Part shown: positions 38,571-52,700 of the stretch, piece by piece
How the letters are laid out: every line of letters starts with the position of its first letter
Position numbering within the stretch: the first letter of the stretch is position 1
Assembly: GCF_001194135.2 (NCBI RefSeq)
Contig: NC_068986.1
Coordinates: 81,772,336 to 81,836,335 of the forward strand
DNA: 64,000 nt
Reading direction: 5' to 3'
Source: Octopus bimaculoides
Lineage: Eukaryota
Notes under the pieces: model-generated
Told to the model about the DNA's origin: nothing
What the model saw: the letters and a program-made list of their open reading frames with translations, nothing else
Database searches by the model: none
Made by a program: the position numbers and the translations under genes

Positions 38571-40823
38571 AACTACAGCTGTTATACTTGACTGCAAGTG
38601 GTTAAACCTCATTATTTGGACTGTCAGCATTGTTATTGACCATTATATCACAAGCCAACATAGTAACTGCTATATGATTGCTTGACCTGCAAAAATTAGC
38701 TGCTATGTCACCTTCAAATTTCTCTGTACTATTAAAAATATATATATATATATAATAAACTGGAGAATGAAGTTTTAGATACAGTTTCAATAAAAGACAG
38801 GCTGGTTCTGTTGTAATGCCTTTGAGCTTCGGTTTGTGTGATCATTGCTGACCTGGGGCTAAATAATGCAGCCATTCTATCAAGAACAAATCTTAGATGG
38901 TCACTTCCCCTGCTAAATCAGAGTTAGGTTTTTGGGCCTTTGCACAGTCTTCTGATTATACTCATCATAGTTCCTTTTTGCAGGGGATGTTTTGTGGCTG
39001 AATCCCCTTCCTGTTGCCAACCCTTTCAATTAACTCTTACATGCAGAGAAAAATGGTGTACCTATTCTGTACTGAGACACACTTTATAAATTATACACCT
39101 TTGTTGAACCATTCTTCTCTTAATTAAAGGTTGATTAATGTTATGGAAGTCGCATAAAAATACACTTCCCTGTTATAAACTAGTTTTTAGAACCCTCCAA
39201 ACTAAGCTGCCATTGAAAGATATGTGGAAATACACAAGCACAAAAAATTTAAAAAATAAAGAAAAAACACAAATATAAAAAACAACCCATAATTAGATTG
39301 TATTTCTTATCTGTTGCTGTATTTTTACTGTTGTTCTGATTTATTTTCAGTGTACTGAGCTTCTGATGTTGAGAACATTATATAACAAGGGTATAATTAT
39401 AATTAACTCAAGTGAAGCTAAACATAGTCTGTGTATCTGTTCATTGATAATTGTAAAAAAATGTGAGGGAGGTGACTGGAACGAAACAGTCCATTGGCGC
39501 TATTTTATACACCGTATGATCATGGTGTTAATAATATCCTCATGTCAACAATGTTGCTTTTTACTTGAATATGATCTGAACCGAAGTCATATATTTGGCT
39601 TTCACATCAAAGCTTATATGACCACTGAAAATAATAAGATTTCTGTGTGCTGTTATTAACAGACTTCATCATTGTCATTGTCCATTTTAAGTTTCCTGTT
39701 TTATAGCCTACGGAGACAGCTCCAAATTATGGGCCTGAGTTGTTATAGAGAAGTCATCACCTGATTTGATCCCAGTTGTTGATAGACCCACGAGAGACAT
39801 TCTAAGTGAATACTGTAATATTTGGTGGCAGGTCACTGTTGGAGTACCACTTCCAATTGTACCTTCTGACAAACAGTGGGACTATGCAAAGAAAGGGGCA
39901 GTAGGGAACAGCATATCAAGATTTTGAACTCCACTCAGATCAGATACTTACTAAAGGATAGAAAGGGGACTTTTTAGTTCTGCCTAGGAGAAGACAACCT
40001 CTCTAGTGCTGGTGATAAAATTTATCTAGTAAACTTTGTCAAATTACTGGTGGGATGAAGGCCATCCAGCTGTAGAATGTGTAAGCAAGATCTGATCCTC
40101 CACTGATCTAAAAGGGCAGCAACTCCGAATAAGTAAACTGAATAAGGACTTCATTTGTAATGTCTTGACCAACCCATGTCAGTATAGAAAAAGTAGAAGT
40201 AAAATGATGATGATAACATAGAATCTGTTTAACACTGTCATGGGAGTAACTGAAATGGTTAGGAATAATTCTGATTCTACACATAAAGTGATTCTGCTCT
40301 AATAGCAAACAAAAAAGCGTTGGTTTTCTCCTATTTATTCATTTAAACAAGTTTTCTGTCTGTGTTTACTGTTTAATTTTCAAATTTCTGAAAAACACTG
40401 AATTTTAACAGCTTTTCAATTTGCTATCTTCGAAGCTCACACTTTTCTGCAATTATAAATCATGATGCAATCAAGCATCAGTTTTAGAAAGAGAAAAAAA
40501 TGATGTTTAAATCATTGTCTTCTCAAAGTAATAATAAAGATCTCTTATATTTTTCAATTCAGTGAAACAAGAAAAAAGCATTCTACTGATATATGACAAT
40601 AGTTTGTGTTTTAGAAAGCAAAGTAATGGATTTTCCACTTCTAATTGTTCATTAGTACTTTAGTTTAATCAAGCAGAATCAATATAGCTTGGAATATTTC
40701 AGAATTAATTAAATGGGTGTGGGCATTTTTACATTTTTATTAACAACTCTTATCTCACAGACAAGACATTTCTGCTGATAGCCATATATAGTTGCTGAAT
40801 TGAACACAGCACAAAACACACCC

Positions 40824-40858
<35 letters not shown>

Positions 40859-43800
40859 ACNNNNNNNNNNNNNNNNNNNNNNNNNNNNNNNNNNNNNNNN
40901 NNNNNNNNNNNNNNNNNNNNNNNNNNNNNNNNNNNNNNNNNNNNNNNNNNNNNNNNNNNNNNNNNNNNNNNNNNNNNNNNNNNNNNNNNNNNNNNNNNNN
41001 NNNNNNNNNNNNNNNNNNNNNNNNNNNNNNNNNNNNNNNNNNNNNNNNNNNNNNNNNNNNNNNNNNNNNNNNNNNNNNNNNNNNNNNNNNNNNNNNNNNN
41101 NNNNNNNNNNNNNNNNNNNNNNNNNNNNNNNNNNNNNNNNNNNNNNNNNNNNNNNNNNNNNNNNNNNNNNNNNNNNNNNNNNNNNNNNNNNNNNNNNNNN
41201 NNNNNNNNNNNNNNNNNNNNNNNACACTTACACAGTGGCAATTATGTTTTCTTGGTATTTTCCTTTGATGTAACTTGCTTGAAGATCATTCAGGTGTGTT
41301 ATCTAAAGTTGTTTATCAACATTCTACTTTGAAAGATAGTATGTATGTATAGAATATTCAAACTAAACATTGGTCTTCATCTTCCCAGTGATATTTGAAT
41401 GTCTGTAAATTGATATTGTTATTCCTATAATGGCCATATCCAAGATATCTTAAGCCACATAATGGGTATTAGTAGTTAAACCAACAGAAATGGATTATCT
41501 GCAAAAATACATAGACACTAAAATATCTCTGGTGCTAAAGTACCCTGTGTATTGATCTCACCATTATTCATGTTTCTAGTCAATGTTTTTAACAATATTA
41601 TTACACACAAACACACACACACACACACACACTGAGCTTTGTGTGATTGTTTACATAAGCATGCATGTATCTGTATGTATGTACGTACGTGTTCATACAT
41701 CACTGCACACATACACACATGCTTGCATAGGCAATAGTGTAAATTGCATTGTGGATGTATGCAAACAGAAATACATACACAAGCATACATGCATAAAATG
41801 GAATTTGTGCAGTTGTTTATGTAAGCATGCATATCTGTGTGTGGCAAGCGTATTTGTGTAGGCGCATACAAAAACATGTGCAAACATGCATTTAGTTNNN
41901 NNNNNNNNNNNNNNNNNNNNNNNNNNNNNNNNNNNNNNNNNNNNNNNNNNNNNNNNNNNNNNNNNNNNNNNNNNNNNNNNNNNNNNNNNNNNNNNNNNNN
42001 NNNNNNNNNNNNNNNNNNNNNNNNNNNNNNNNNNNNNNNNNNNNNNNNNNNNNNNNNNNNNNNNNNNNNNNNNNNNNNNNNNNNNNNNNNNNNNNNNNNN
42101 NNNNNNNNNNNNNNNNNNNNNNNNNNNNNNNNNNNNNNNNNNNNNNNNNNNNNNNNNNNNNNNNNNNNNNNNNNNNNNNNNNNNNNNNNNNNNNNNNNNN
42201 NNNNNNNNNNNNNNNNNNNNNNNNNNNNTATTGTATACAAGGTATTCGTGTGAGTGATCATTGTGTACCAGATGTTGCTGTGTAGTGAACATTGCCTACA
42301 AAGCATTGATGTGTAGTGGACATTGTATACCAAAATCACGAATCTTTCTCTGTTCTAATTGAATCATATAAACCATACTGTGCTGGATGGAATGGACTTG
42401 TAGAAACTCCCTTCTTGTCTTGAAAACTAGAAATGTAACTGTATCGGTACTAGTGTCAGTGGTGGATGTGATAGTATGGTTAATGTATGTAAACAGATAG
42501 CAGTATCAGAGGTGGACATTGTAGTGTGTGGGGGATGTAATTGTATTAGTGGTAATGCTTATGGTGGGTGTGGTAGTGTGTGGTTGATTGATATAATTGT
42601 AGTATATGTGGTGGTGGTGGCATGATTATTACTGTTGCTATGGTTGCTGGAGCATTGTAATCCATACAGTAAGAACAAGTTGTTTTTTTTTTTTCTTAGT
42701 GGATGTGTTGTATGTATATGTATGTGTATCAATGGCTTGTGTTTGCTCTAGCCATTTCAACCAAGGCCCTGCTGGAGCACTGCATTCAAGTGAAATTGAC
42801 AGGGATGATGGCAGTGTTAGTGGCAGGGATGATGGCAGATGCATTGGTGTTGGTGGATGTGGTACTGCAGCTGGTAGTATATACATATTTCTACATGTGC
42901 ATTTATATGTGTGTGTGTGTGTGTATGTGTGTGTGTGGTATATGTATGTGTGTATGATAGTGTGCGTATGTTTGTGTACATGTTTCTCTCTCATGTTTAT
43001 GGAGTATGACAGTATGCACATACACACGTGTGCAGTCGCACACGCACACACACACACACACACATACTGGAACAGCAGATCCATATTTGTGTTACTTGTA
43101 AAAGTTGAAATTTACATCAAACTGCATAATATTTGCTGTACATCTTCATTCCTTACAACCATCACTTCAGCTACTCTCACCTCCATTATTAACTCCACTA
43201 TTAACTCCACCACCATCACTTCCATCCATAAAACCACTTCAATCAACCCTCTATACACCACTATTTTGATGAACACCATCACCACTACCCTCAACATTGC
43301 TACCACCAGCACCACCAACATTGCCACCTGTGCCACTGTCACTCACCACCACCACCACAACTACCATCACTGTCACATGAGAAGTGGCTATGAGGGATCA
43401 ACAGAAATTACAAGGGGCAACATATGTAATATCTTTAGGGGTGTTTTGCTGTATGTTGTTCACAAGGAATGTGTCATATATGATTGTTTTCTTGGATTAT
43501 ATCTGGGTGCTGTTGAGCAAAACTAGGTTGCTATGTCTCCTTTGGACAATGTTATTTGAGCAATCTATATATGTCATGAGACACCCAAGTTTCATAAGTA
43601 GAAGGTTAGCAAAATGTCTGAGGGTGGTGTTGTATGTTTAAGGGGGTGTGCTGTTATTCAGTCTCAGGTCAGCTGTGAGTGAACAGAGCTAAGGAATGCG
43701 TTTTATTAAAAGTAACAATGCGAAGACCATTGACAAATAGAAGAGAATTCAATATGTGTAACCAAATGTTAAAGCACACCAATGTAAGTAGAATATGAGA

Positions 43801-44039
43801 CAGAAAAAGCTTTTATGATGTATTGGCAACTTAACTAAAGGGGAAAATGTGATGGCAACATCAGTAACACTGTGTAATTGTTTAGCTTTTAAACCAACCA
43901 TATCCCGCCTGAATGTTCTACCTGTTTTATGTTCAGACCAGCCAGATCTGACTTCTCATACCTTACCCTACTATATCATTCTAAAAATACTTAATCACAT
44001 CATCAAAACCTCAGAGTTTCAAGATAATGAATGATAAAT

Positions 44040-44430
44040 TGAAAACAATATGAATGAATAAGTACTGAAGGCTGATCTCAAAACGTTGAGCCTTACAAAG
44101 GGGATGACTGAGGACCAAGATATGTGGTGCATTGTTGTACTCAAGAAGACCTGCCCACCACTCAGAATTGAGATCCTAAAATCAAGGTGCCACATGAAAA
44201 GCATTGGTGTGGTACTGATGCCATGTAAAAAGCATCGGTGATGGTGTCACGTAAAAAGCACCCAGTAAAGTGGTTGGCATTAGGAAGGGCTTCCAGCTGT
44301 AGAAGCCAAGCCAAAACAGACAATGGAACTTGGTGCAGCCTCTGGCCTTGCCAGTTCCTGTCAGATAACCCAACCCATGGCAGCATGGAAAATGGATGTT
44401 GAATGTTGGTGATGACGATAATGATGACAT
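44040..44430 (+). mobile_element. RTE ORF2 C-terminal remnant + 3' tail
   Basis: aagtactgaaggctgatctcaaaacgttgagccttacaaaggggatgac (VLKADLKTLSLTKGMT, like KHDLQTLS.TEAMT at 32080), then the standard tail to gatgacgataatgatga. Confidence 0.8.
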
Positions 44431-46977
44431 TTGACTGAATAATCTGAATGTTTAAGGGTTATGGTTAGGGGTTGGCAACATCAACAGTCTTGCCTTTACT
44501 GAGGTTCTCACTCTTTAGAGTTACTGGTGTGTGTGTATGTGTGTGTGTGAAAATCAGATGTTGATAGATGTATGATTTAAATAAAAATGAGCTTGGAGAA
44601 ATAACTCTGTGTAGCCAGCACCATGAATTTAAATCACAGATAAATAAATATGGTATTTGATATTCTGTACATTATAAATCCTTGATTTATTAAAGTTATC
44701 TCTGCCTCTAGAGGATGAATCCTAATTATCAAACAGCAATTAAGACCTGCTCCACTTCAGATGGGGAAATAATCTCAAGAGTCAAGAATTCCCCCGCCCC
44801 CAAGTTGATATGCCATTAAGGAAATGGACAGGTTAATTGTTTGGAGATAAGAGGACAGTCATAAACATGTGTATCTGGTTCAAAATTAGTTGCCACTAAG
44901 AATAACGAGAAGCTGAAGATGATTAACCAAAGGGTTATTAGATACCTTGGCAAGATATTTTTAAAGTCTTATCAGAAACGCAAGGAGTAAGAAACCAATG
45001 TGACATGAGTTGTTAGGGTTGGCATCTTGATCGGAATGTTTGCAATAATCTTTGGACCAGATCTGTTACTACAGCAGTGGCTACTGTTGATTGACCTCAG
45101 GTCAGTTTTAAATGAGCTGACTTCTCACATGTGGCCCACTCATCTTTTAAGGGATGTCTAAGGCTACATTAATACGTTTTCCCCTTTTTACAATGGTGGG
45201 GGTGGGGGTGTAATTTGGGTGAGATGTAACTACTATTTCTAACATAACAAGAAATTTAGAACATAAGATATATGGTGTTATATCTCCTTCTAGCTTGATG
45301 TAAATGTTTTAGAATGGCATTATTTAGTTGTGAAGAAATCTACTTTGTTATCTTGAAGACATATTTGTCTTCCCCAATTGCAGAAATAAGAGGATTCTTA
45401 TTTCAATATTCTGTCATTGTTTATTCTGCAATATATAAATATATGTGCTTTATTATAACGACAGAGTAATTTCTACTGAATCTGTAAAAATGTTCAAGTT
45501 TGTTTTGCTAATGTTTAATTTATTGTTGTAAGCCAATGTTTCATTTATCTATTGTAAATTAAAGCTTTACTATTCTGTAAACATAGTTGTGTGTGTGAGA
45601 GAGAGGGGGTGGGAGTAGAATGAGACAAACAAAGAGAGAAAGAGAAGGATTGTGTTATGTGATTGCAAGTTATGTATGGATCTGATTTCTTGTGGTTTAC
45701 CTTTAGATCAGTATTGACCCAGCAGATCTATGGCTGAAGGCGTTCCAGTTTTCAGACATACTGTAGTTAGGAGTTATCTGCTGACATAGGTTGGTCAGGC
45801 ACTAAAGCCTGATTCAGTCTTATTCATTCAGTGCTCTTGGAAATGGGTCAAAGGCCATACCTTGTTCATACATTCCATTCTTGGTTTGATTTCTATGGCT
45901 GGATGCCTTTCCTGACATCAACTACATCACAGAGTGTATTGGGTGTATTTTGACAGGTTACTAACACTTGTGAGGTTATTTTGTTACTGGCAAGACTATA
46001 CAGAGTATTCGTGTCTCATTCATTAGCCAACCACTTTACAGAATGCACTGGTCTTTACATAGACCTAGTCCAACAGTAGAGGGCTTCTCTGGTACCCTGA
46101 AAAGTTAAATTTTCCATTGTCATTTTTTTGAAGATGGCAGTGTTTGATTTGAGGGAGATTAGACTGCTATGTCTAGGAATTGGCTTGAATTGTTGATGTT
46201 ACTTAACCCCTAGTCAACCTTGATTAAATAAATCTGTGATCAAAATTCCAATTGTGACCATCCCATCTTTATGTCAAGGAGTGTATTGTACTTTAGAACC
46301 TTCTTTCAGTAATGTGGGAGAGAGTGCTTTGAAGATGACATGACTGCTATTACTAGGAAGTCTAGCAACCATAGAGACTCTCATATATCAGTGAAGTGTT
46401 AGTGACCATCTAGGTAAATTTGTCATGGCTTAGCATTCAGCATTGTTTATAACCTAACGTTAACATTATAACCACAGTTATATGACAAACATATTGTTGT
46501 CACCATCATCATTTTAATGCTCTTTTCTCCATGCTTGTATGGGTCAAATGGAATTTGTTGAGGCAGATTTTCTATGGCTGGATGTCTTTCCTGTTGTCAG
46601 CCCTCACCTATTTTCAAGGTGATTTTTTTCCCATGGCCAGTCATACTTTCATGGAAAGTTGGAAATGAAGAACATGATGGTTATGCTTTTTCGCAACTGT
46701 CATGAGTTGTCAAGACAAGGAGACACAATATTCTCAGAATATTGCCTCAACTCACTCATTTAACCTACTAGAAATAGCAGGTTAAATGACTAAGAAGACA
46801 ATATTCTGAGAATATATATATAATCTAGGGGATGGAGAATATTTAAAAAATGTTCAATGGATATTTAATGGCAATATAATAATTAATAGGATAACAAACA
46901 TACATGTTAACATAACAGGTTCTGTGTGTATTAAGCCAGCTAATGAATATTTGATGCACTGTCTTATGACAGATGAA

Positions 46978-47020
<43 letters not shown>

Positions 47021-47699
47021 GCCACCACTGCTATCATCCTCATCAAGAGTTGCAAAGATAATGGAGAATGTAAAGTTTACATAGTATTACCATTTCACAA
47101 CTATAATTAAAACAAATAAATAATAATAATGATAAGAGAAACAAGCATAAAATTTATATTCATGTCAAAAATGTTCTAAACCCTAAAACTATTCTGAAAA
47201 AAACTTGCATTTTGCTGTGATGTTTTTTTTTTGTGTTGGTTTTTTTTTGTTTTTTTTTTGTCAATTTACAGAGTTGCAGGATTTTGTGAGAATAACTTTT
47301 TTTTCTGACTTATCTTGAAATTTATTGTAGATTTAATAGTCAGCATTTAACTTGCATCAATTGATTACATTTAAAAGCTGTGTAACAGTATACCTTGAGG
47401 TATGTTTGAACAGATAGAGAGTATTCTTACGAGATGATGTGTGTATAAAGGCATAAAAGGACTGCAGCCATGTAATTGTGTGTTTGTACAAACAAAATAA
47501 ACAAATTATAGTGTATAAGAAGAAAATTGGTGTGTGTTTAAAAGGGACAGAACAAACAGGTTGTTTGTGGTAGCCAAAATAGACAGCCCATACAAATATC
47601 TATAGATTGATTTCTTCTCTTTATTTTAAAAGAAACTGATTGGTAAAGAGTAGCAGTCAGGATAGCACTCTTCTTTACATGCTGTTGATGAAGACAGAA

Positions 47700-48150
47700 C
47701 ACACTGGCTTAATGTAGTGTGTAGGCATAGAAAACATTAGATTAATATTGTATGTATACATAAAAACACTAGCTAAATGTAGTGTGTAAATGTAGAATAC
47801 ATTAGCTTAATGTGTAGACATACAGCACTCTAGCTTAATGTAGTTTGTTGATATAAGATAAATTAGTTTAAAGTAGTATGTAGACATAGTACACACCAGT
47901 TTAATGTAAGAGTGTTGACATACAACATCATCATCATATGTCCATTTTCCATGCGAGCATGAGTTGGACGGTTTGATAGGGGCTGGCTAGGCAGAAGACT
48001 GCACCAGGTTTCGCTGTTTGTTTTGGCATAGTTTTTATGGCTGGATGCCCATCCTAATACCAACCACCTCACAGAGTGGACTCCACCTAGACCGCACTAG
48101 CTTAATGTAGTGTGTTCGCATACAACACACTAGCTTGATACAATGTGTGG
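47700..48150. repeat. Degenerate about 33-bp minisatellite interrupted by an RTE tail (47924-48082, minus strand)
   Basis: Recurrent acactagcttaatgtagtgtgt.gacata on both sides of catcatcatcatatgtccattttccatgcgagcatg...ccaaccac. Confidence 0.75.
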
Positions 48151-48342
48151 ACATATAAGCATTTTCAGTGATTTTAGTTGCACTTAAACTGCTGTTGCTA
48201 TGTGTCTATTAACATTAATCTCTCATGTATGTAGCATATAGTGATAGATATACAGCAACAGGACAAAGTACTATAGTTTTAGACATAGCAACAGGGATCA
48301 ATAACTTCAGAGACAACAAATCTCTGTAGTAATGTGTCTTAA

Positions 48343-48564
48343 CCCTTTTGTTAACATATTTCTGTTGAGATGCTCTGTGTTTCTTTCAATTATTTTTAAA
48401 TATAGCAAAGAATTTAGTAAAATAACTTAGTTATCATTAAGCTAGTGTTAGGAACATAAAATGTGATTTAGGTTTGGTGGAAGATTTTAATTCAGAACTT
48501 TTGAAAACAAGACATTTGTACTACAAAGCTAGAGGAGGTTTCAGCTGGGTTGGTAGCGAAAGGG
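48343..48564 (-). mobile_element. piggyBac-like MITE family 2, TTAA TSD
   Basis: TTAA|cccttttgttaacatatttctgttga ... gggttggtagcgaaaggg|TTAA. Inverted relative of 15427-15634. Confidence 0.8.
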
Positions 48565-48924
48565 TTAAGCCAGAAATCCCTATTGCTACAGAACTAAAAC
48601 TGTGTTGCTCTCTTCTGTTGCTATGTGTCCAAAGCTATAAGGTCTTGTTACCCCATATCCCAAAGCATAGATCCCATGGTATTGAGCCCTGTTACCCTGT
48701 ATCTTGAGGTATAGGGCCTCATTGTTATATGTTCAAAGCTTTATAGCTTATGTGTGTATGGCTATATACCCACGTCACCTTAAAATCGATGAAAGTGTAT
48801 ATCTAGGTGTGCTTTATGTACTATATAGGCAAATTAACTAGTTATACTATATGGATTTAGAATGTTCAATCTAATAAATATTCCATCTATTCTATTCTCT
48901 ATTAATCTGTTCTTTCTATTTCAG

Positions 48925-49016
48925 GTAGTACCAAAAGATTACAAGACAATGGCAGCCCTTTCTAAAGCTATTGCAAAAAATGTATTATTCTCTCACCTTG
49001 ATGATAATGAACGAAG
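48925..49016 (+). CDS. Pka-R1: PKA type I regulatory subunit, internal exon, 92 bp, phase 0/2
   Basis: tctttctatttcag|GTA...GAA CGA AG|gtaggt. Translates [30 protein letters not shown](S) and continues the previous exon in frame. The RI motif [23 protein letters not shown] is present. Confidence 0.98.
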
Positions 49017-49277
49017 GTAGGTACCTTATATTTTACACTTTCTTTACAAGAATTCCAGTTTTTTTCACCAAATTACTTCAAGTTAATCCCTTGCAAACAG
49101 CTTTAAAAAAAATAAAAAAGCTTATCTTGAGTGTGATAGTGCCCCAGATTATTTCACATTTTGTTTGCATATCTGGGGTTTTAAAGCAAATTCTGAATAA
49201 GCATGGGGAAAGAATACATCCCTGACAAACTCCTTTCTCATTTTTGTACTTTTTGTACTTTTCACAAGGTTTTGGTC

Positions 49278-49442
49278 AGCATGACTCTGTGGTAAGACAT
49301 TTGCTTCCCAACATGGTTCCAAGTTCAGTTCCATTATGTGGCACCTTGGGCAAATGTCCTCCACTATATCCTCAGGCCCTCAGGCTGACCAAAACCTTGT
49401 GAGTGGATTTTGTAGACAGAAACTGAAAGAAACAGGTGTGTT

Positions 49443-49481
<39 letters not shown>

Positions 49482-49710
49482 ACTTGACATTGTGTAATAG
49501 TTATAAATGAATGTCACTATCTTACAAGCAGTGTCCTTCATTTCCAATATTCTGTGGGAACATGTTTGGCTATGAGGAAAGATTCTCTTATTTGGAAATA
49601 AGTGAAAGTTGGCAACAAGAAGGGCATCTGCTTATAGAAAATTTGCCTCAGATGAATTCTGTCTGACCTATGCAAGCATGAAAAACTGGACATTAAATGA
49701 TGATGATGAT
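49278..49710 (+). mobile_element. Full-length tRNA-headed SINE with RTE-like tail, about 260 bp downstream of the 92-bp exon
   Basis: agcatgactctgtggtaagacatttgcttcccaac...(TG)n...acctatgcaagcatgaaaaactggacattaaatgatgatgatgat. Confidence 0.85.
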
Positions 49711-52700
49711 ACTTGTTACAATATCTATTTAAAGATGGTGTAAGTTAGGGTAGTAAAAATAGAAGATAGAATAAGTTAAAACAGTCCAATAAAACTTTAC
49801 TGTTTATGGTTAATGTAATACTTGCTTTATGTTACTTGTTCACTATAAAGCAGATCAATATGTTTCACTATTTCACATCTGTCTTTATTTTATGATTGAC
49901 ACAATTCTGTATGGTGTTCTTTTATTCTCTTTCACTATTTTGTTAGTCTTTACTAGATTAATGTAAGAATCAGCGTGGTATTCCTAAGCCAACTAGTTGT
50001 CTGCAAACTAGAGGAAATAGTGTGATATCATTTTTCCTGATACAGCATTAGAAATTAAAATAAAATCCTCTCTCATATTTAAGAAATATGTGCTATTTAT
50101 GATTTATCATATAATTTTCAAATTGGAGCGATTTTAGTAAAATAACTTTTTCCTTATTCTAAGATGGTGTTTGGAAGATTAAAAAATTTAAGTTCATTTT
50201 ATTAACTTAAAATTATGATGGAAGATCCTAATTTAAAACTAAACACTTTTGAATTAGAAATTTAGTGTCATGCTTGATATCAAAGGATTTTAAAATCTTA
50301 GCTTGTGTTTGAATCAGTCATCTAATATTTTCTTTATCATCTCATCATGTAATATTTATCAAAAAAAACAAAAAATTCTGAAGTAAATCTTTATGACTGC
50401 GAAATTTAATCTGTTAGTTTAATAGAATATAAGCTACACCATGTGAACAATCTCACTATCATTGTTCTCTTCTATTCAGAGTTACATTAGATGGCATGAC
50501 CAACTATTTTTGTTACTCCTAGTTTGCTATTCAAGCTCATAGGAGCTGTTTATTTGACCTCAATATTTTCTTCACTTGTTCAATCAATAATTCTTCACTG
50601 AATATCTCTCACAAAACAAAATTGGATTGCATTAAGCCAAAAATCAAGTAAACAAAAAGAAGTATTTCTTGTCTGATTTATATTTATTTTTAATTCAGTG
50701 TATGGAATTTCTTATTCTTTATCTAATCAAGGACATATCTATTCTTAATCTCATCAGCTTTTGAAGATATTTTATATTGAATCAGCTCTCTTATTTCATT
50801 CCTTATATGGATTCATTTGAAATTATGATGCTGTAAAAATCAGAATGATAACATGTCCAATATAGAAGATGACATTTTCCTGATAGAAAGTATTGAGAAA
50901 AAAAAGGGGAAAAAAAAAAAAAAACTCATTTGATAAAGACAGGCTGTAAGTTTTCACAGATGGTAAAATACCAAATTAAATGCTTCACAGTTTTATCTTT
51001 TACCATTTTACATTCTCAGTTCAAATGTTGCCATATTCAGCTTTGCTTTTCATCATTAATATTTATAAACTAGGTACCAGTCACATGCTGGGATTGATTC
51101 AATCAACTTCACCACTTTCCTAGAAAAATCAGTTTATTTAGACGGAATCCTTGATATGTAGCATCTTTCTGGTTTCTGCCTTTGGGCTGTGGCCATTCAG
51201 TAGCACCATCTTCAAAGCTGTAATTAATTTTATTAACTACAGTATTTTTTCTGATCCTTATTTTATTGACTATAGAAGGAAGAAAAATGGCCTTGACTCT
51301 GCATGGAATTTGCACACAGAACAGATCGTTATGTGACAATATATTTTTCTTATTCTACAAATTATGGCAATCCATCGTGAATTCAAATTCTGCTGCTACT
51401 GCTGTTACTTTGTTCCTCTTAATACAGAATTCTGCTGGCATTGGCTTCTGTAGTTAACAACATCACTCAAATTTAAAAGCACTACTTCAACACATCAGTA
51501 TTTACCCACAAAATATCTAAATTAAATTAACAGGGAGAGATGTCAGATAGTTTGAGACTCCCTAAATACTCTATATTTCTAAGATGAGGTATTTTTGTTA
51601 TGCATACTGTTTATATTAGTTGGACTGGTGTCCATATCTTGATTGTTGCTTCCACTATGTTTCAGCTGTTTATGCTTCAGCCTTTTTCAAGTGTCTTGTG
51701 TTGAACTCAGTTGTTGTATTGGAATTTCAAACCTAACCCTTTATTTGACCCATGGGAGTACACTGTTCTTGTTCCACTCTCTGCATTTCATAACACTCCA
51801 ATACAACAACCGAGTTCAACACAAGACACTTAAAGAAGGCTGGAGCATAAAAACGGCCAAAATAAAGTGAAAGCAGCAATCAAGATAGGACATCAGTGCG
51901 ACTAATATAAACAGTATACTTTTTATCTAGATGCTGCCATTCACTATCCTTTAGCATCACTAAAACACTATATCAGTATTGGGTTTTCCCTTTATAGTTC
52001 AAAGAAGGCAGAGAGTATCCTTACAGATTCTCTCAGTCTTTGTGAGGCTAATTTAATTAGAGGTGAATTGCTCGTGGAAAATTTGTGTGAGGAAGTTCCC
52101 AATGAATACAGTTGTGGGGAAGAAGGTGTGAACAAAGTGACACATTTTGGATCTGAGGAGGTGAGAAATAAATTGTGGCAATGATTAGAAAAAGTAGGCA
52201 GTGATATATATAAAAGAGATGTTGTTGAGTCATATTGCATAATAATTATATAACATAACTCTTCAGAGGTTTTAATCATTTACTACAGCCAAACATATGT
52301 CCAGCTACTTTCTTACCAGAATCTCAATACTTTGACAACTGTTTTGATATCAGTTGAGTTGGTATATTGGCAATCCATGTATTAGTGGTTGATAAGAGAG
52401 GTTAGGGGTTTGGTCACAAAACCTCAGTGAGTTAGTGCGTGACTACCATGAGACGGTCAACTCTAGCAGATTGAGTGGGCAAGAACAATAGTCCAGCAGT
52501 CACAAAAATGAGATTTTAACAAGCCTTTGTAGAGCTTAGTATGCAATATGACAGTGTAGAAGTTCTGGTCATCCACTGTATCCAGACCTACCTACAACCA
52601 TTTTACCTCTGCAATGAGGCAAAGCTTTAAAAGAGAGACAGGTAGCAAGAGAGTGAGGTTGATGTTAAACCACTGCAAGTCATTATATGATGTTGTGGTC

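Noticed and set aside
42606-43526. 306-aa ORF
   Set aside because: A concatenation of TG, GAT and CAC/ACC low-complexity tracts with no domain-like content.
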